A DNA stretch of 64,000 nt from Eledone cirrhosa (taxonomy: Eukaryota), in assembly GCA_964016885.1 (NCBI GenBank), contig OZ024740.1, positions 62,248,001 to 62,312,000 on the forward strand. Direction: 5' to 3'. Below the pieces are notes generated by a model. The model was not told where the DNA came from and searched no databases. It was given only the letters and a program-made list of their open reading frames with translations. Positions 1-12,600 of the stretch are shown in pieces (within the stretch, counting starts at the first letter, position 1; each line of letters starts with the position of its first letter). A program made the position numbers and the translations under genes.

Positions 1-499
1 AAGAATTCTGGCCAGATATAGCCAGTTTAAATGCTGAAGGGTTAATAGAGCAGTTTCGTATCAAAATGGTTAAAGTATAAAATATTATGTGCTTTACATA
101 ACATAGATCTTCGTCCATATTTCATATGGGCTCTAAACACTATGCTAGCACACATTCTTCTGTTCCGTGTTTCATAATATCTAGCTAATCTTAATCCAAT
201 TAACTTAAATTACAAACAATGTGATTAGTCTGGGCTGAGTGTCATTATCTTTCCATTTGTTAGAATGACCACTATTCAATGATAAATAGTACTATATTTC
301 TTCAGCCTAGTTTCTTTCTTGCAACCTTTATCAACCAATAAAGCAAAGTGTAAGAGAGAGGCCATTTGTCATATTTTTTAAAGTCCATTTATTTCCTGCT
401 ACCATAGAGGTAGTACTCTACTGCCAGTTGCCCTCCTTGATGTGAACCCTCACTTTTTATTTTTTACCGCTAATCTGCAGGATTTTTGTTTATGCAGAA

Positions 500-2472
500 T
501 CATAATCATCATCATCGTTTAACGTCCGTGTTCCACGCTTGCATGGGTTTGGACGGGGGTTTTCCCACTTGAGGCAAGAGTGATTGTCTTGCTCGCATAG
601 GACTATCTGGCAGGTTTTCTACAGTTGGATGCCCTTCCTAACACCAACCACATTTACAGTGTGGGTCTGGGAGGTTTTTACCGTGTTGCCTACACGGCCA
701 CATTACAGCGTGGACTGTGTGTTTTTTTGTCGTGACACCTACACGATCTCATTTGTTTCAGCCTGGATGGTGTGGCACCAACATAACTTTACATAGAAGG
801 GGCGGTGTGGATGGGGTGGGGGTGGTGGGACGGGGGTGTATTTTGTTAGAGATGCCTACTGACTGTAGTAGGTTTTACTTTGTATTTAGGTAAGGCGGGT
901 CTTCTCTATTACTGAGTACCGCCAAAGGTCTCGGTCCAGTGACATTGTCTTGGTGAGGTGTAAGTGTGTGAGGTCGGAGTTTATCAGCTCGTCCCAGGTT
1001 TTTCTGGGTCTGCCTATTCCGTGGCTACCGTCTATCTTTATTGCCCTGCACTTTGTTATACAGCTATCGTCCTTCATGCGCATCACGTGACCATACCAAC
1101 GTAGCCTTCTCTCTAGTAAACAACATCTGATCCCTCTTATTTCTAATTTTTTCCTTAGTTCGTTTATGCTTTGTCATTCACGTATATTACTATTACACAT
1201 CCAGCAGAGCATGCAAGCTTCGTTCCTCTCTAGTCTGCGTATATCCTCTGCACACAATGCCCAGGTCTCACTGCCATGCAACATTGCTGTTCGTATGCAG
1301 GCATCGTACAACCTGCCTTTCATTTTTAGGGAGAACCCTTTAGCGGCTAATAGTGGTATAAGCTCTCTGAACTTTTTCCACCCAGTTCTGACTCTAGCTA
1401 CTGTACTTTCAGAGCACCCTCCCCCACTGCTGATTTTGTCACCCAGGTAACGGAAGCTGTCCACTATTTCTATAGAACCCTCTGCGCAGTTGAAAGAGCT
1501 AGTATTTTGTGGGCACTTGCTGCTACTTATTGCCCCAGAACACCGGCCACATGTAAAATCTATGTTCTTAGTTAGCTTACCTGTGATCCCACTACATCTT
1601 TTATGAACCCAAACTTTGCATTTGGGACACAAAATGGAATTTCTACCTACGCCTTTCCTACACTCTGCGCATGGCCACTTCCCGGAGGGGACCGCCGCCT
1701 TATTTTCTTTCTTACAAACTAGAACTTTAGTCTTAGCCAGGTTAATTTTAAGGCCTTTTGATTCTAGCCCGTGCTTCCATGTTTGGAATTTCTTCTCTAG
1801 CTCGGCCATTGATTCAGCTATGAGCGTTAGATCATCTGCGTATAGGAGTTCCCATGGGCAGCCGGTCTTGAACTCCACTGTTATAGCCTGGAGGGCAATA
1901 ATAAATAGTAGGGGGCTAAGAACAGAGCCCTGATGAACACCAACTTTTACACTAAACTCTTCACTATATTCGTTGTTAATTCTAACCTTGCTGACTGTTT
2001 CTTTATACATGGCTTGTATAGCTCTCACAAGCCATTCATCGACACCTAGTTTTCTAAGAGCCCACCAGATAATGGAACGGGGGACTCTGTCGAAGGCCTT
2101 CTCCAAGTCGACGAAAGCTAAGTATAGGGGTTTACTTTTAGCTAGGTACTTCTCCTGTAGTTGTCGTACAATGAAAAGAGCGTCTGTGGTACTTTTTCCT
2201 GACACAAACCCGAACTGCATTTCATCTAGATCAATTCGCTCTCTGATTAGTTGCGCTATTACTTTTTCCGTGACCTTCATGACCTGGTCGATTAATTTAA
2301 TGCCTCTATAGTTACTCCTATCTAGGGCATCTCCTTTACCCTTATAACAGTTAACGATAATGCTGCTACGCCAGTCCTTCGGAACAACCCCATTCTGTAT
2401 GACTTGGTTGACTATCCGGGTGACCATGGTGTGTCCCACCGTACCAGATGCCTTCAGCATCTTGGCAACTAT
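500..2472 (-). mobile_element. RTE-clade LINE, young family 1, 5'-truncated copy (RT, PHD-like insert, C-terminus, 3' UTR, (GAT)n tail)
   Basis: ORF 2460-1174 with [19 protein letters not shown] and YADD; an internal CGA>TGA stop at 1174-1176, same frame continues to 886; (ATC)n tail near 500-516; nearly identical to the copy at 38453-41143. Confidence 0.95.
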
Positions 2473-2689
2473 ATATCAACAAAAATTACCGCATGCACTA
2501 GAAATGTCAAGGACAGACACACTTGAGCACATGTGCTCACATACTCACAATCAAATTCACTCATATTAGTCGGCTCATGGTTATATAGTAGAAGACACTT
2601 GTCCAAGGTACCATGCAGTGGGACAGAACTGGAAACCACATGACCTCCTCTCTACACAACCATTCATGTCTCTATTCATTGGTTCCAAT

Positions 2690-3268
2690 TTGTAATACTC
2701 ACTTGTAAATGAGTTACTCTCACTGCAGTATGAAAATCAACAGCTACTCATTGTGAGTTACTTGCACCACAGTGTGAGAATCCATATTAATAGCCAGTCA
2801 TAGATGAGCCACTCTCACTGTCATGTGAGGAATCCATGAGTAGTCACTCATGGATGAATAACTCATTGGTGTGAATAACTGTAATCACTTGTAGATGAGT
2901 AACTCTCATTACTGTTTAAGAATCCATGTTAACAGCTACTCATAAATGAGTTGCTCTCACTACAGTGTAAGGAATCCATGTGAGTAGGCACTCATAGATG
3001 AGTTGCTCTCACTACAGTGTAAGGAATCCATATGAGTTGCTCTCACTACAGTGTAAGGAATCCATGTGAGTAGGCACTCATTAGATGAGTTGCTCTCACT
3101 ACAGTGTAAGGAATCCATATGAGTGGTCACTCGTAGATGAGTTGCTCTCACTACAGTGTAAGGAATCCATATGAGTGGTCATTCGTAGATGAGTTGCTCT
3201 CACTACAGTGTAAGGAATCCATATGAGTGGTCACTCATAGATGAGTTGCTCTCACTACAGTGTAAGGA
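2690..3268. repeat. Minisatellite, about 52-bp unit (gatgagttgctctcactacagtgtaaggaatccatatgagtggtcactcgta), more degenerate toward the left
   Basis: Direct tandem copies visible. Confidence 0.9.
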
Positions 3269-3966
3269 GCCTGTCTCTTTATTAAAGGGACAGAAAGAAA
3301 AAATGGAGAAAGAGACAGCAGAGTATGTTCTAAATTAATAAATAGAAAGACCAGTAAAATAGGCTAGTGGAGGGCAGCATAAGTACAATCATTGAAAGAA
3401 AGAAAAAAATAATGCATTATATAGATATGTGACATGTGTACAAAAATAATGAGGAAATAGTGCTGTAAGTTATATACTATGAAGCACATACATATACTGC
3501 CTATATAATTTGTGACCAAAGCTGAAAAATAGTATACAATTTAATGAGAAACTGCACACTAGGGAATAATCGAAATTCACTATAGTAGCATCAATAAAAT
3601 ATGATTGACAGTTTTCATACCATATTTCTTATGCAATGCACTGCCCATGATTTTCAAACAATCTTGAAAAAAAAAGAGACTTTTGTGAGATTTAGTAGTA
3701 TAATTAACTTTCTCCTTATCAAGCTGATGTTGGGAACATAACTTAACAAAGGTTATTAGTTAAATTATGATGGAAAGTATTTTGATAAATGTGGCATTCA
3801 AGATGTTTTGGGGAGCTGGGTTACTGACAAGGTTTTTGTCATTGTTGGCGGCTCACCTTACTAACATGTGTATGTGTGTATTCATGAAACAAATTATCAT
3901 ATGTAATTTTAGTTTTGTATTAATAATGTCATTACTTTAATTTTTCTCTTTACAATTATATTTTAG

Positions 3967-4068
3967 GGTGTCGTCACCTCTGCTGCAAGTCTCATTGAAG
4001 CTCTTGTGAGAAAGAATCCTGAGGAATACAAAGGCTGTGTGTCATTGGCTGTATCTCGGTTGAGCAGA
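3967..4068 (+). CDS. AP2A2: AP2A exon ([34 protein letters not shown])
   Basis: ttttag acceptor, gtgagt donor, 102 nt, phase 0/0. Confidence 0.95.
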
Positions 4069-4825
4069 GTGAGTTATGAGTTAAACTTTTGTGTGTTATA
4101 ACAATAGCTAATTAGTGGTTGAAAGATGTAATTATTTGCATGACTAACAGAGAAGCAAAAGGAAAGATGCTGCTTCATAATAAATCCTTGGCTGGTGGTT
4201 TCCTATAATAGGCTCTTTAATTAGGAAAAAAAAAAGAAAAAGTTAAGCTTTCTGAAGATGTGTGAAAAATAATTAAGTATTGCATATGATTGAACAATGT
4301 ATATTGTAGTCAGCATATGTAGACTATTATAATAGGCACAGAAAAGTATGTTAAAGCCAATAAATTCTTTCTATATCTTCTCGCAGAAGTCTATATTTTT
4401 CTTGGTGTTATACTTGCTTATATATATTTTTCTTTTTACGTCTGCTTTTCCCTGCTTGCAAGGGTGGGACGGGAACTGATTCTGGCTTGATTTCTACAGC
4501 TGGATGCCCTTCCTAACACCAACCTCATTTACAGTGAGTGCTGGGTGCATTTTTGCTGTGGCAGCTCCACGACCACTTTGCAGTGGAATGATAGGGACCC
4601 CAATCCCTATCATCTCATTTCTACAGCTGAGTAAACTGGAGCAATGTGAAATAAAGTGTCTTGCTCAAGGAAACAACACATCACCTGGTCTGAGAATTGA
4701 ACTCACAACCTTTCGATTGCAAGGCCAATGCTCTAACCACTAAGCCATGTGCCTCCATATATATATATATAAATACATAAATATATATATAAATACATAT
4801 ATATATATATATATAAATACATATA

Positions 4826-4861
<36 letters not shown>

Positions 4862-6589
4862 CAGTGAGTACATTGCTTCATAATTATTGGAAGGTCAGTT
4901 ATGTAATATTGCGTCTATGCATATAGTTATTTCTTGTTATATAATTTATACAAGCAGAAAAACCACCCTTCGGGTGGTTTTCTGCTAGCCTGTGTAGTGT
5001 GCATATTGATATTATACGTAAGTATATATACATGTAGATATGATGCATCAAATAAAATCGTAATTGACAATATACACAGAAATTGAACGAAGACTGCGTT
5101 ACACTGTCTTATGTAATCAGTAGCGTAATCCATTGACGGAAATATATGACTGTTGAAGCGATCGCAAACCGGAAGTGTTGACATTTGAAACTTTTAAAGA
5201 AGTGAATCTTAAAATAAGTGACAAAATTATTTATATTTAATCAAGAATAACGAAATTTAGTAGATAAATTATGTAATATTCATTCATTATTTATTCAAAG
5301 GAATCCAACTTATTTTACAAACAGGATAAAAAAAATATATTCTGGACACTGTCCCGCACTCCTTGCTTTATTATAGTTTAGATTTCATCTTGTTCCCTTT
5401 CTAATTTTCTTTTCCAGTGATAATTCTATATGATATAAATGTGTGTGTGTATACGTATATATATATGCACATATATATATATACGTGTGTGTATGTGTAT
5501 ATATATATACACACACACACACACTATATATACGTGTGTGTGTATGTGTATACCGTGTATATATATATATATATACCTGTCCCACCCTTGCAAGCAGGGA
5601 AAAGCGGATGTAAAATGATGATGATGATGATATATATATATATATGTATAATGTGTGTGTGTGCACACACACGCACACACACACACATTATACATATATA
5701 TATATATAACCTGAAAGATTAACACTAAGTCACTATTACTACGTACTGCTAGGTGACTGTTATGTAGCATTAATGCTTTACCAAAAGGTTTCTCAAACAG
5801 ATAATATTCCGTGTTTATTTTTGCGTGAGCAAGATGGGGTTATCAGAACGGTTTTATTATTTTCTTAATTTCTTATGGTTTCTCATTTTCTATCAGGTGA
5901 ACTATACCTTAACAATGCTCCATCATATATATTTTATTCATATTTGTCTGTTGTTTCTAATCTTTGTTTCTACGTAACATTATCATGTTTGTTGCAAGCT
6001 ACATTAACTTGTTCACTAGTTACATAGTTACCAGCATATTAAGTTGCTATGCTATTGTTGGAAAAGAAATTACAAAAACTTGTAGCGAAGCGACACCTGT
6101 CGTGTGTTTGGGGACAGCTATGCAGAGTTACCTGCACATAACTCTGACGTCACAAACTGATGTCACCAAAATAATACTCACTCCGGCGGCGACTTGCGAG
6201 GAGACAACATGCATAATTTTGGAGCTGACTTCTGCCTATGAAGAGATGACTTCTGCCTTCTCTCCCTAGAGATGACTCCTGCCTATGAAGAGATGACTCC
6301 TGCCTTCTCTCTCTCTTCTTCATACGCTCCAGTCTTGGAGTCGAGACCAACTCATCAACTACACCATCACGACACGTGGTAAAATATTTCTATTGTGTTA
6401 TTATTGACTCCCGTGATATAAAACTTTGTACAAACATGCACCAACCATTCTTATTCTTTTTAATATTATTATAAGTAATATATACACCAATACCAGTCAT
6501 CTAAAAACTATCCCAGTTTTATTATTGTGCAATTGAAATTAAGAAAAAAAAGCTATGTTACCATGGGGGAAATTATTTGCTAATCATTC

Positions 6590-6650
<61 letters not shown>

Positions 6651-9600
6651 TCAGTGTTGGTATTATGTTACTGTTATATTGGTAGCCTTTTAGCTTCTAA
6701 TACACATTAAATGATATAATACCTCATCTTCAGTATTAAACCATTACTTTTCTGTTTTTCTTCAAATAACCTATTTACAATATCCTCAAGAGAATGTATA
6801 TTGAGAAAGCACAATGTTTACATTTTTTTTTTTCTGTTAGTGTGTTTTCTTTTTCTTCATCTGGTTATTTTTGTGTTTTTGTTGTTGCCTTCACCTGGTC
6901 AATTTCATTTGGTTGTGTGTTTTTTGTCTTTTTTTAATGTAAATCTTTCTTTTTTTTCTTTTTTCAACATTTAATCTTACTTAGTTTCGCATCTAATGAA
7001 GTAATACACTTTTTTTAATATTTGTTTTTGTTCCCAATCCTACATTTCTCTCTGTTTGACTCTCTCTCTCTCTCTCTCTCATGCTCACAAAACTTTGGAT
7101 GTTGATGTAGTATTGACCAAATACATAGTAGACTTAATCTACTTATGGTTTAGACAAGATTTCAAACTTTCAAATGCTTAAAAGAATCTCATTCTGGTCT
7201 TATATCTGCCAATATACTGATAGATTTAAATTTTACTGCCCAGCTTGATCAGTCATCTGCTTTTTATTTCTGTTGACAAGACAAAATGGCCAATGCCTGT
7301 AATTAATAAACTCACAGTTTTTCACTGGCATTTAGCTTTATAGAGATGGGAAGCAAAATCAGAAATGAAACTTAGAGCAGTAAGATAGTTAACTACATTT
7401 CATGGAGTCTTTAGTCTGGCTTGCTACTTACTGTCATGTTCAGTGTAGCCAACATTAAAGCAAGATGTAAACTCCTGACAAGTGAAGACCACAATCCAAT
7501 TTCCATTCTCACTTGATGGAAGTTCACTTCAATGAAGCCACTAAGCTCTTGAGAAACATTGTAACACCAGTGTTACAATGTCTAAATTTGAATATTGACC
7601 ATAACCCTTTAGCATTAACATTACTCTATATGTACTATTGTATTTTCACAGAAAAGGCTTTATCTTACATAATATTGAATCTAAGATATTTTGATATTAT
7701 TTATTTTGAAAACAATACTTCAACATCAGTATGAGCAGCCAGTTTGAACAGAAAGAGGTGAGAGAATTCTGGTCGGATATGGCTGGTTTAAATGTTAAAG
7801 GGGTAATACATAGGGGTTTTGTGTGCAGTCAAAAAGTGGTCTATATTTTGACTAATTTATGATTTATTATCATCATCAAATTTCATATGGATATTATGTT
7901 GTTGAACCTCTGTTGTTTCTGATAAGTATGACTTGCTCATGAAGTAACATGTAAGTATCTGAGCATTCCACAGACACATGCACCCTTAACATAGTTTTCA
8001 GAGAGCTACATGAAATAAAGTCTTGTTCAAAGTCACAACGCGCTGCCTAATCTAGGAATCAAACTGATGACCATACAATCATAAGCCAAACACTCTCATC
8101 ACTAAGCCATACACTTTGACTTGATTATATGATGATCAGTTCTATTATGATGTCATCATCATCATCTTTATTTAACGTCCACTTTCCCCGCTAGCATGGG
8201 TTAGACGGGAGTTGTCCCACTTGAGGCAAGGTTTGGTCGAGTGACTGTGTCTCGCTCATATAGGACTATCTGGTAGGTTTTCTACGGCTGGATGCCCTTC
8301 CTAACACCAACCACATTTACAGTGTGGAACTGGGAACTTTTTACCATGTTACCTACACGGCCACATTACAGCGTGGACTGTGTGTTTTTTTCTTGTGACA
8401 CCTACACAATGTGTAGATTCAATTTTAATAAGGATGGTAGGAAAGCCTTAACATTTTTATATCAGTTCTATAGTTTGTTTTAGCCCTTATGGTTAATACT
8501 ATGCTACAATATTACCATTAGTACTGTTTTATTATCCCATTGTCAAAATTAAATCCATCTTATGACTTGAAAGAAATATTTCTTAAAATCTTCTGCTTCC
8601 AAATTCCTCATCTCATGACATCAGGGATATCTGCACCTGGAAAATTATTCTCCTAGGCATAGGCCTGGGCAAGGTTTGTTTTGTGGAAAACTTCCAGTTG
8701 TTATGCATGCAAGTCTCACCATACTTATGTTGTCGGGAGAAAAGATAAGAGATAATGCAGCTTAGTAGCAATGATACCACACACAGACTCAGAACAAAAG
8801 AGCTGAAAAATATACCACAGGGCATCAAATCCAATGCTTTAACAATTCTTGCAATCCACCACCCTTTACTGGTACTTTATTTAGGAATCCTGAAATGATG
8901 AAAAGCAAAGATGACCTCAACAAGATTTGAACAGAGCTCAGGAAGGCAGAATAAATACTATGAGGAGTTTAATTGAAATTCTAACATCCATCAATTCACT
9001 ACCCTTAATTTAAAGGTGTATGTGTGAGACAGAGAGGGTGGGGAGAATCTAAATGAACATTAATTGGTAGCATTAGTTTCAATTTTTATTTAAATGTGAA
9101 TCCATTTGGCATCTTAAATAAAGACAGCCAGGCCTCCTCTCTTTCAATACTGTCAGAACATTGATTAGATTTTCTACTTGTTTTGTATAAGCTTTTCATT
9201 TGGTAACTTCTTTCTCCTGTTAGCTTGTCTGAGACATCTTTTTAATCTTTGGCTCTGTTTTTCCTGTTAACATCAAGCAATCTTGCAATGGTATCTCAGA
9301 GCTAATTCTTTGCAGTAATTTAGGCTTTATATATATTTGTTGTTTTTAATCCCTTCCCCTCTCCATTTTCCTTTGCCTGTTCGTTCCCTAACTAACAAAT
9401 TTCCTATTGTTTATTCATTTAGTAATTCTTCTGTTGCTATTTGCTTTCTGAAAGATTGGTTAACTAACAAATAGACTCCCATTATTGAGTTTAATTAACT
9501 GTTTCTATTTAGAGATGCTTTTAAACAGAAACCTTCATTATTGGGGTTCATTAAGATTATACTGTCATCCATTTCTGCTATTTATAGCCTAAAATGATGT

Positions 9601-12600
9601 AGGATTTAAAAACTAAAATGAAATCTTTCATTACTTCATTATTATTTTTTTAAATTGTAATTCAATACATTTAATTTTATTTTAAGTTAGCTAAAGTTAT
9701 TGATTTTTTTTTTTTCCTGAATAAAATCAGTGATGCATATTTTGTCTTGGGTATAATTTAAGAAAACAATAAAATTGAAATTTATAAATTTCACATCTGT
9801 TAGTCTTTTTATAACTAGCTTTAAAGGGTTAATTTGTATAGACATATATTTAGTGAAAATTTACTCACTGGAAAATGAGGATTTTCTTTTACTAATTGTT
9901 GTCCTCATTTCTTGATTTATTGTTCTAATTCTCATAGGATATTTTAAAGTATTTTGTTTCCATTGCTAAAATATTAGCTTTTCAGAAAATGTTTCTAAAT
10001 AAAGACAAAATAGGAAATATCATTATTGCTATTATTGTTAATGGTGGATATAAGATGATGAATTGGCAGAATTGTTAGAGTATTGGTCTAAATGATTTGT
10101 GACATTTTTTCTGGCTTTTTACAATTTCAGTTCAATCTTGCCATGGTCAACTTTGTCTTTCATCCTTCCAGGGTAGATAAAATAAAAGTACCAGTTAAGT
10201 ACTGGGGTTAATTTAAATGACTTACCCCTCTCAAAAATTTCTGGTCATGTACCCATGTTAGAAATCATTATTAACGGTGAATTGGCAGAACTGTTAGAGT
10301 TGTTGGGCAAAATGCTTTGCATCATTTGGCAATATCGGTAGAGCACCGGACACTCTGCTTTGCAGCCTTCAGTTACGGTCCTTTATGTTCTGAGTTCAAA
10401 TCCCGCCGAGGTTAGTTTTGCTTTTCATCCTTATTGGGTTGATAAAATAAAGTACCAGAAACACACTGGGGTCAATTTAATTAACTTTCTCCATCCCTCA
10501 AAATTGTTGGTTTTGTGCTTAAATCAGAAACCATTATTTGGTTACTGCATTTTACATTATGAATTCAAACACTACCATGGTTGACTTTGCATTTCAACCT
10601 TCCAGGATCAAGAAAATAAAATATCAGTCAAGTACTAGAGTCAATATAATAAATCTTCCCCTCACTCAAATTGCTGGCTTTGTGCCTGAATTTAAAAACC
10701 ATTATTATTATAATCAAGGTGGGGAATGGTAAAAATAGTTTACTACCTATATATATTTAGTTCAAATCCTGATGACACTAGTACCACTTAAGTACTAAAT
10801 TTGGTCAAATTGACTAAACCTCTCTCTTCAAATGTATGGCTTAGTCTAAGTAAACCCCACTTTGTCTTGTAATTCATCCTTGTAGTGTCCCCAAGATCTT
10901 GGACCCTTGTGGCTAATAAAAAATCTTCATCATCATTATTATTATTAGGGCTGTGGATTGGCAGTATTGGTAGCATATCAGACATGCTTAGCAGCATATA
11001 GTTACGGCTCTTTACATTCTGAGTTCAAATCCCACCAAGGTTAGCTTTGCCTTTCATCCTTATGACATTGATAAAATAAAGTACCAGTAACACACTGGGG
11101 TCAATTTAATCAGCTTTCTCCTGCCCTTCAAATTGCTGGCATTGTGTCAAAAAGTAGAAATAATTATGTTTCTTAATTAAAATTAATTTTGCTCTTCATC
11201 TCTATCATCTGTTTGAGCTTGCTTGGATTTGTTCGACTCAATCATACCCCTACCTTGATAGCATTCAGAAGATTAACAGTGCAGCATCTTGTGTCCATAC
11301 ACAGCTGGTCAATGTAAGATAGGTTGACCTCTGTATATCCATGTCCTGATGTCCATAGGAGTGTATCACTTATGAGGTTTTGCTTAGTTCTCTAGAAATA
11401 TCTCGAAAAACACATCTCTCTTTCTCTCTAAAGACAACAGTGATTGCAGAAAGCTTGCCTTACACTCTTTGTTCAGTTGGATAGTGAAGTTATATCAACT
11501 ATTAACTTCTTTCCATACCAAGTTAGTTTTGGGTTTCAGAAAGCATCATCCACATCATTACCATTGATGTTTCTTTATTACTTTCTGCTCTTATTTTTTA
11601 GTTTGGTGTGGATATGGGATTGACTTATGTCTTAGTTTACAGGGCCAAATAACAATCTTCAACTATCATATTATTTCTTAATTTGGGATTAGTTATATAT
11701 ATTAAAAGTTGAGAGAGTCCTTCAGTTGTGTTGTGGTGTGACAATCTCTCTAATGTTGGTGATCTACATGATAAACACACCCAGTACATGCTGTAAGTGG
11801 TTGGTGATAGGAAGGGCATTCTGTTGTAGAAAGCTTGCCAAACAAAGGGTTGGGAGTACCTTTCAGTTGTGTCAAAAACATGACAATCTCTCTTGGGCAC
11901 TCGTTAGAATGAGAGGATACATAAGTGAAATGCAGAGCCCCCCCCCCCCAGCCTGTCTGGGTGGTCAGTAGCACCACTTCAGTACTGACTTGGTCTATGT
12001 AGATCCATCCAACCTTTGCTAGCAGGGAAAGCAAATGATAAATGAGGATATTTTAATTGTTTATACAATGGATTCAGTTATTTATGGAAAATTGTCTCTT
12101 TTTAAGTCATCATCGTCTTGGTTACAACTATATTGCCAGTGTGAGTATATCTAATGGCAGGTGTAAAATACTTCTTTCCCCTTGCTTTCATCTAGTTGAT
12201 ATCTCTTCCAACTGAAAACTTGTCAACCCTCATTAACCTAGAAGGAATTTCTGTGTTATTTTGAAGTTATGATTCAAGAATCATAACTTCAAAAATCTTT
12301 ATTTTTATTGGTCCATTTGAATCGTCTTTGTGAAGAGAAATAAGAAAATAGTTATAAACTTTCTTTAGTTAAGTCATAATAAACTCAACATTTTAACTCT
12401 AGAATTATATACTATGTTATATTATTTTTTTTAGTAATGAAGATAAAAAAAAACTCAATATTTTAATCACAATCAAATGGCAGTGATCTTGGCTTAACTA
12501 AGACAGAACATACAGCTGTTCATGTCTGTTTCTTTTCTTTCATCCTCGTCACAGGGAGAATTCAAATGGACCAATCAAAATTGACCATTTAATTGTTGTT

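Noticed and set aside
1166-2569. Plus-strand ORFs over the LINE (and the mirror minus-strand ORFs at 38430-40154 and 41801-45124)
   Set aside because: Antisense shadows of the RT reading frame.
2940-3268. CRISPR-like or C2H2 zinc-finger-coding array
   Set aside because: No unique spacers, eukaryotic context, unit length not a multiple of 3, stops present; the resemblance to the HTGEKPY linker is superficial.
4672-4756. tRNA-like sequence on the minus strand
   Set aside because: Degenerate A/B boxes continue into a SINE body; this is a SINE head, not a tRNA gene.
5860-5915. Pyrimidine tract plus CAG|GTGAAC (recursive splice site) and a nearby CCTTAAC
   Set aside because: Weak reconstituted donor and no matching U12 donor; likely chance.
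5964-6269. 101-aa ORF containing IVTS, considered as a duplicated mutually exclusive AP2A exon
   Set aside because: No similarity beyond four residues; it runs into an LTR-like insertion.
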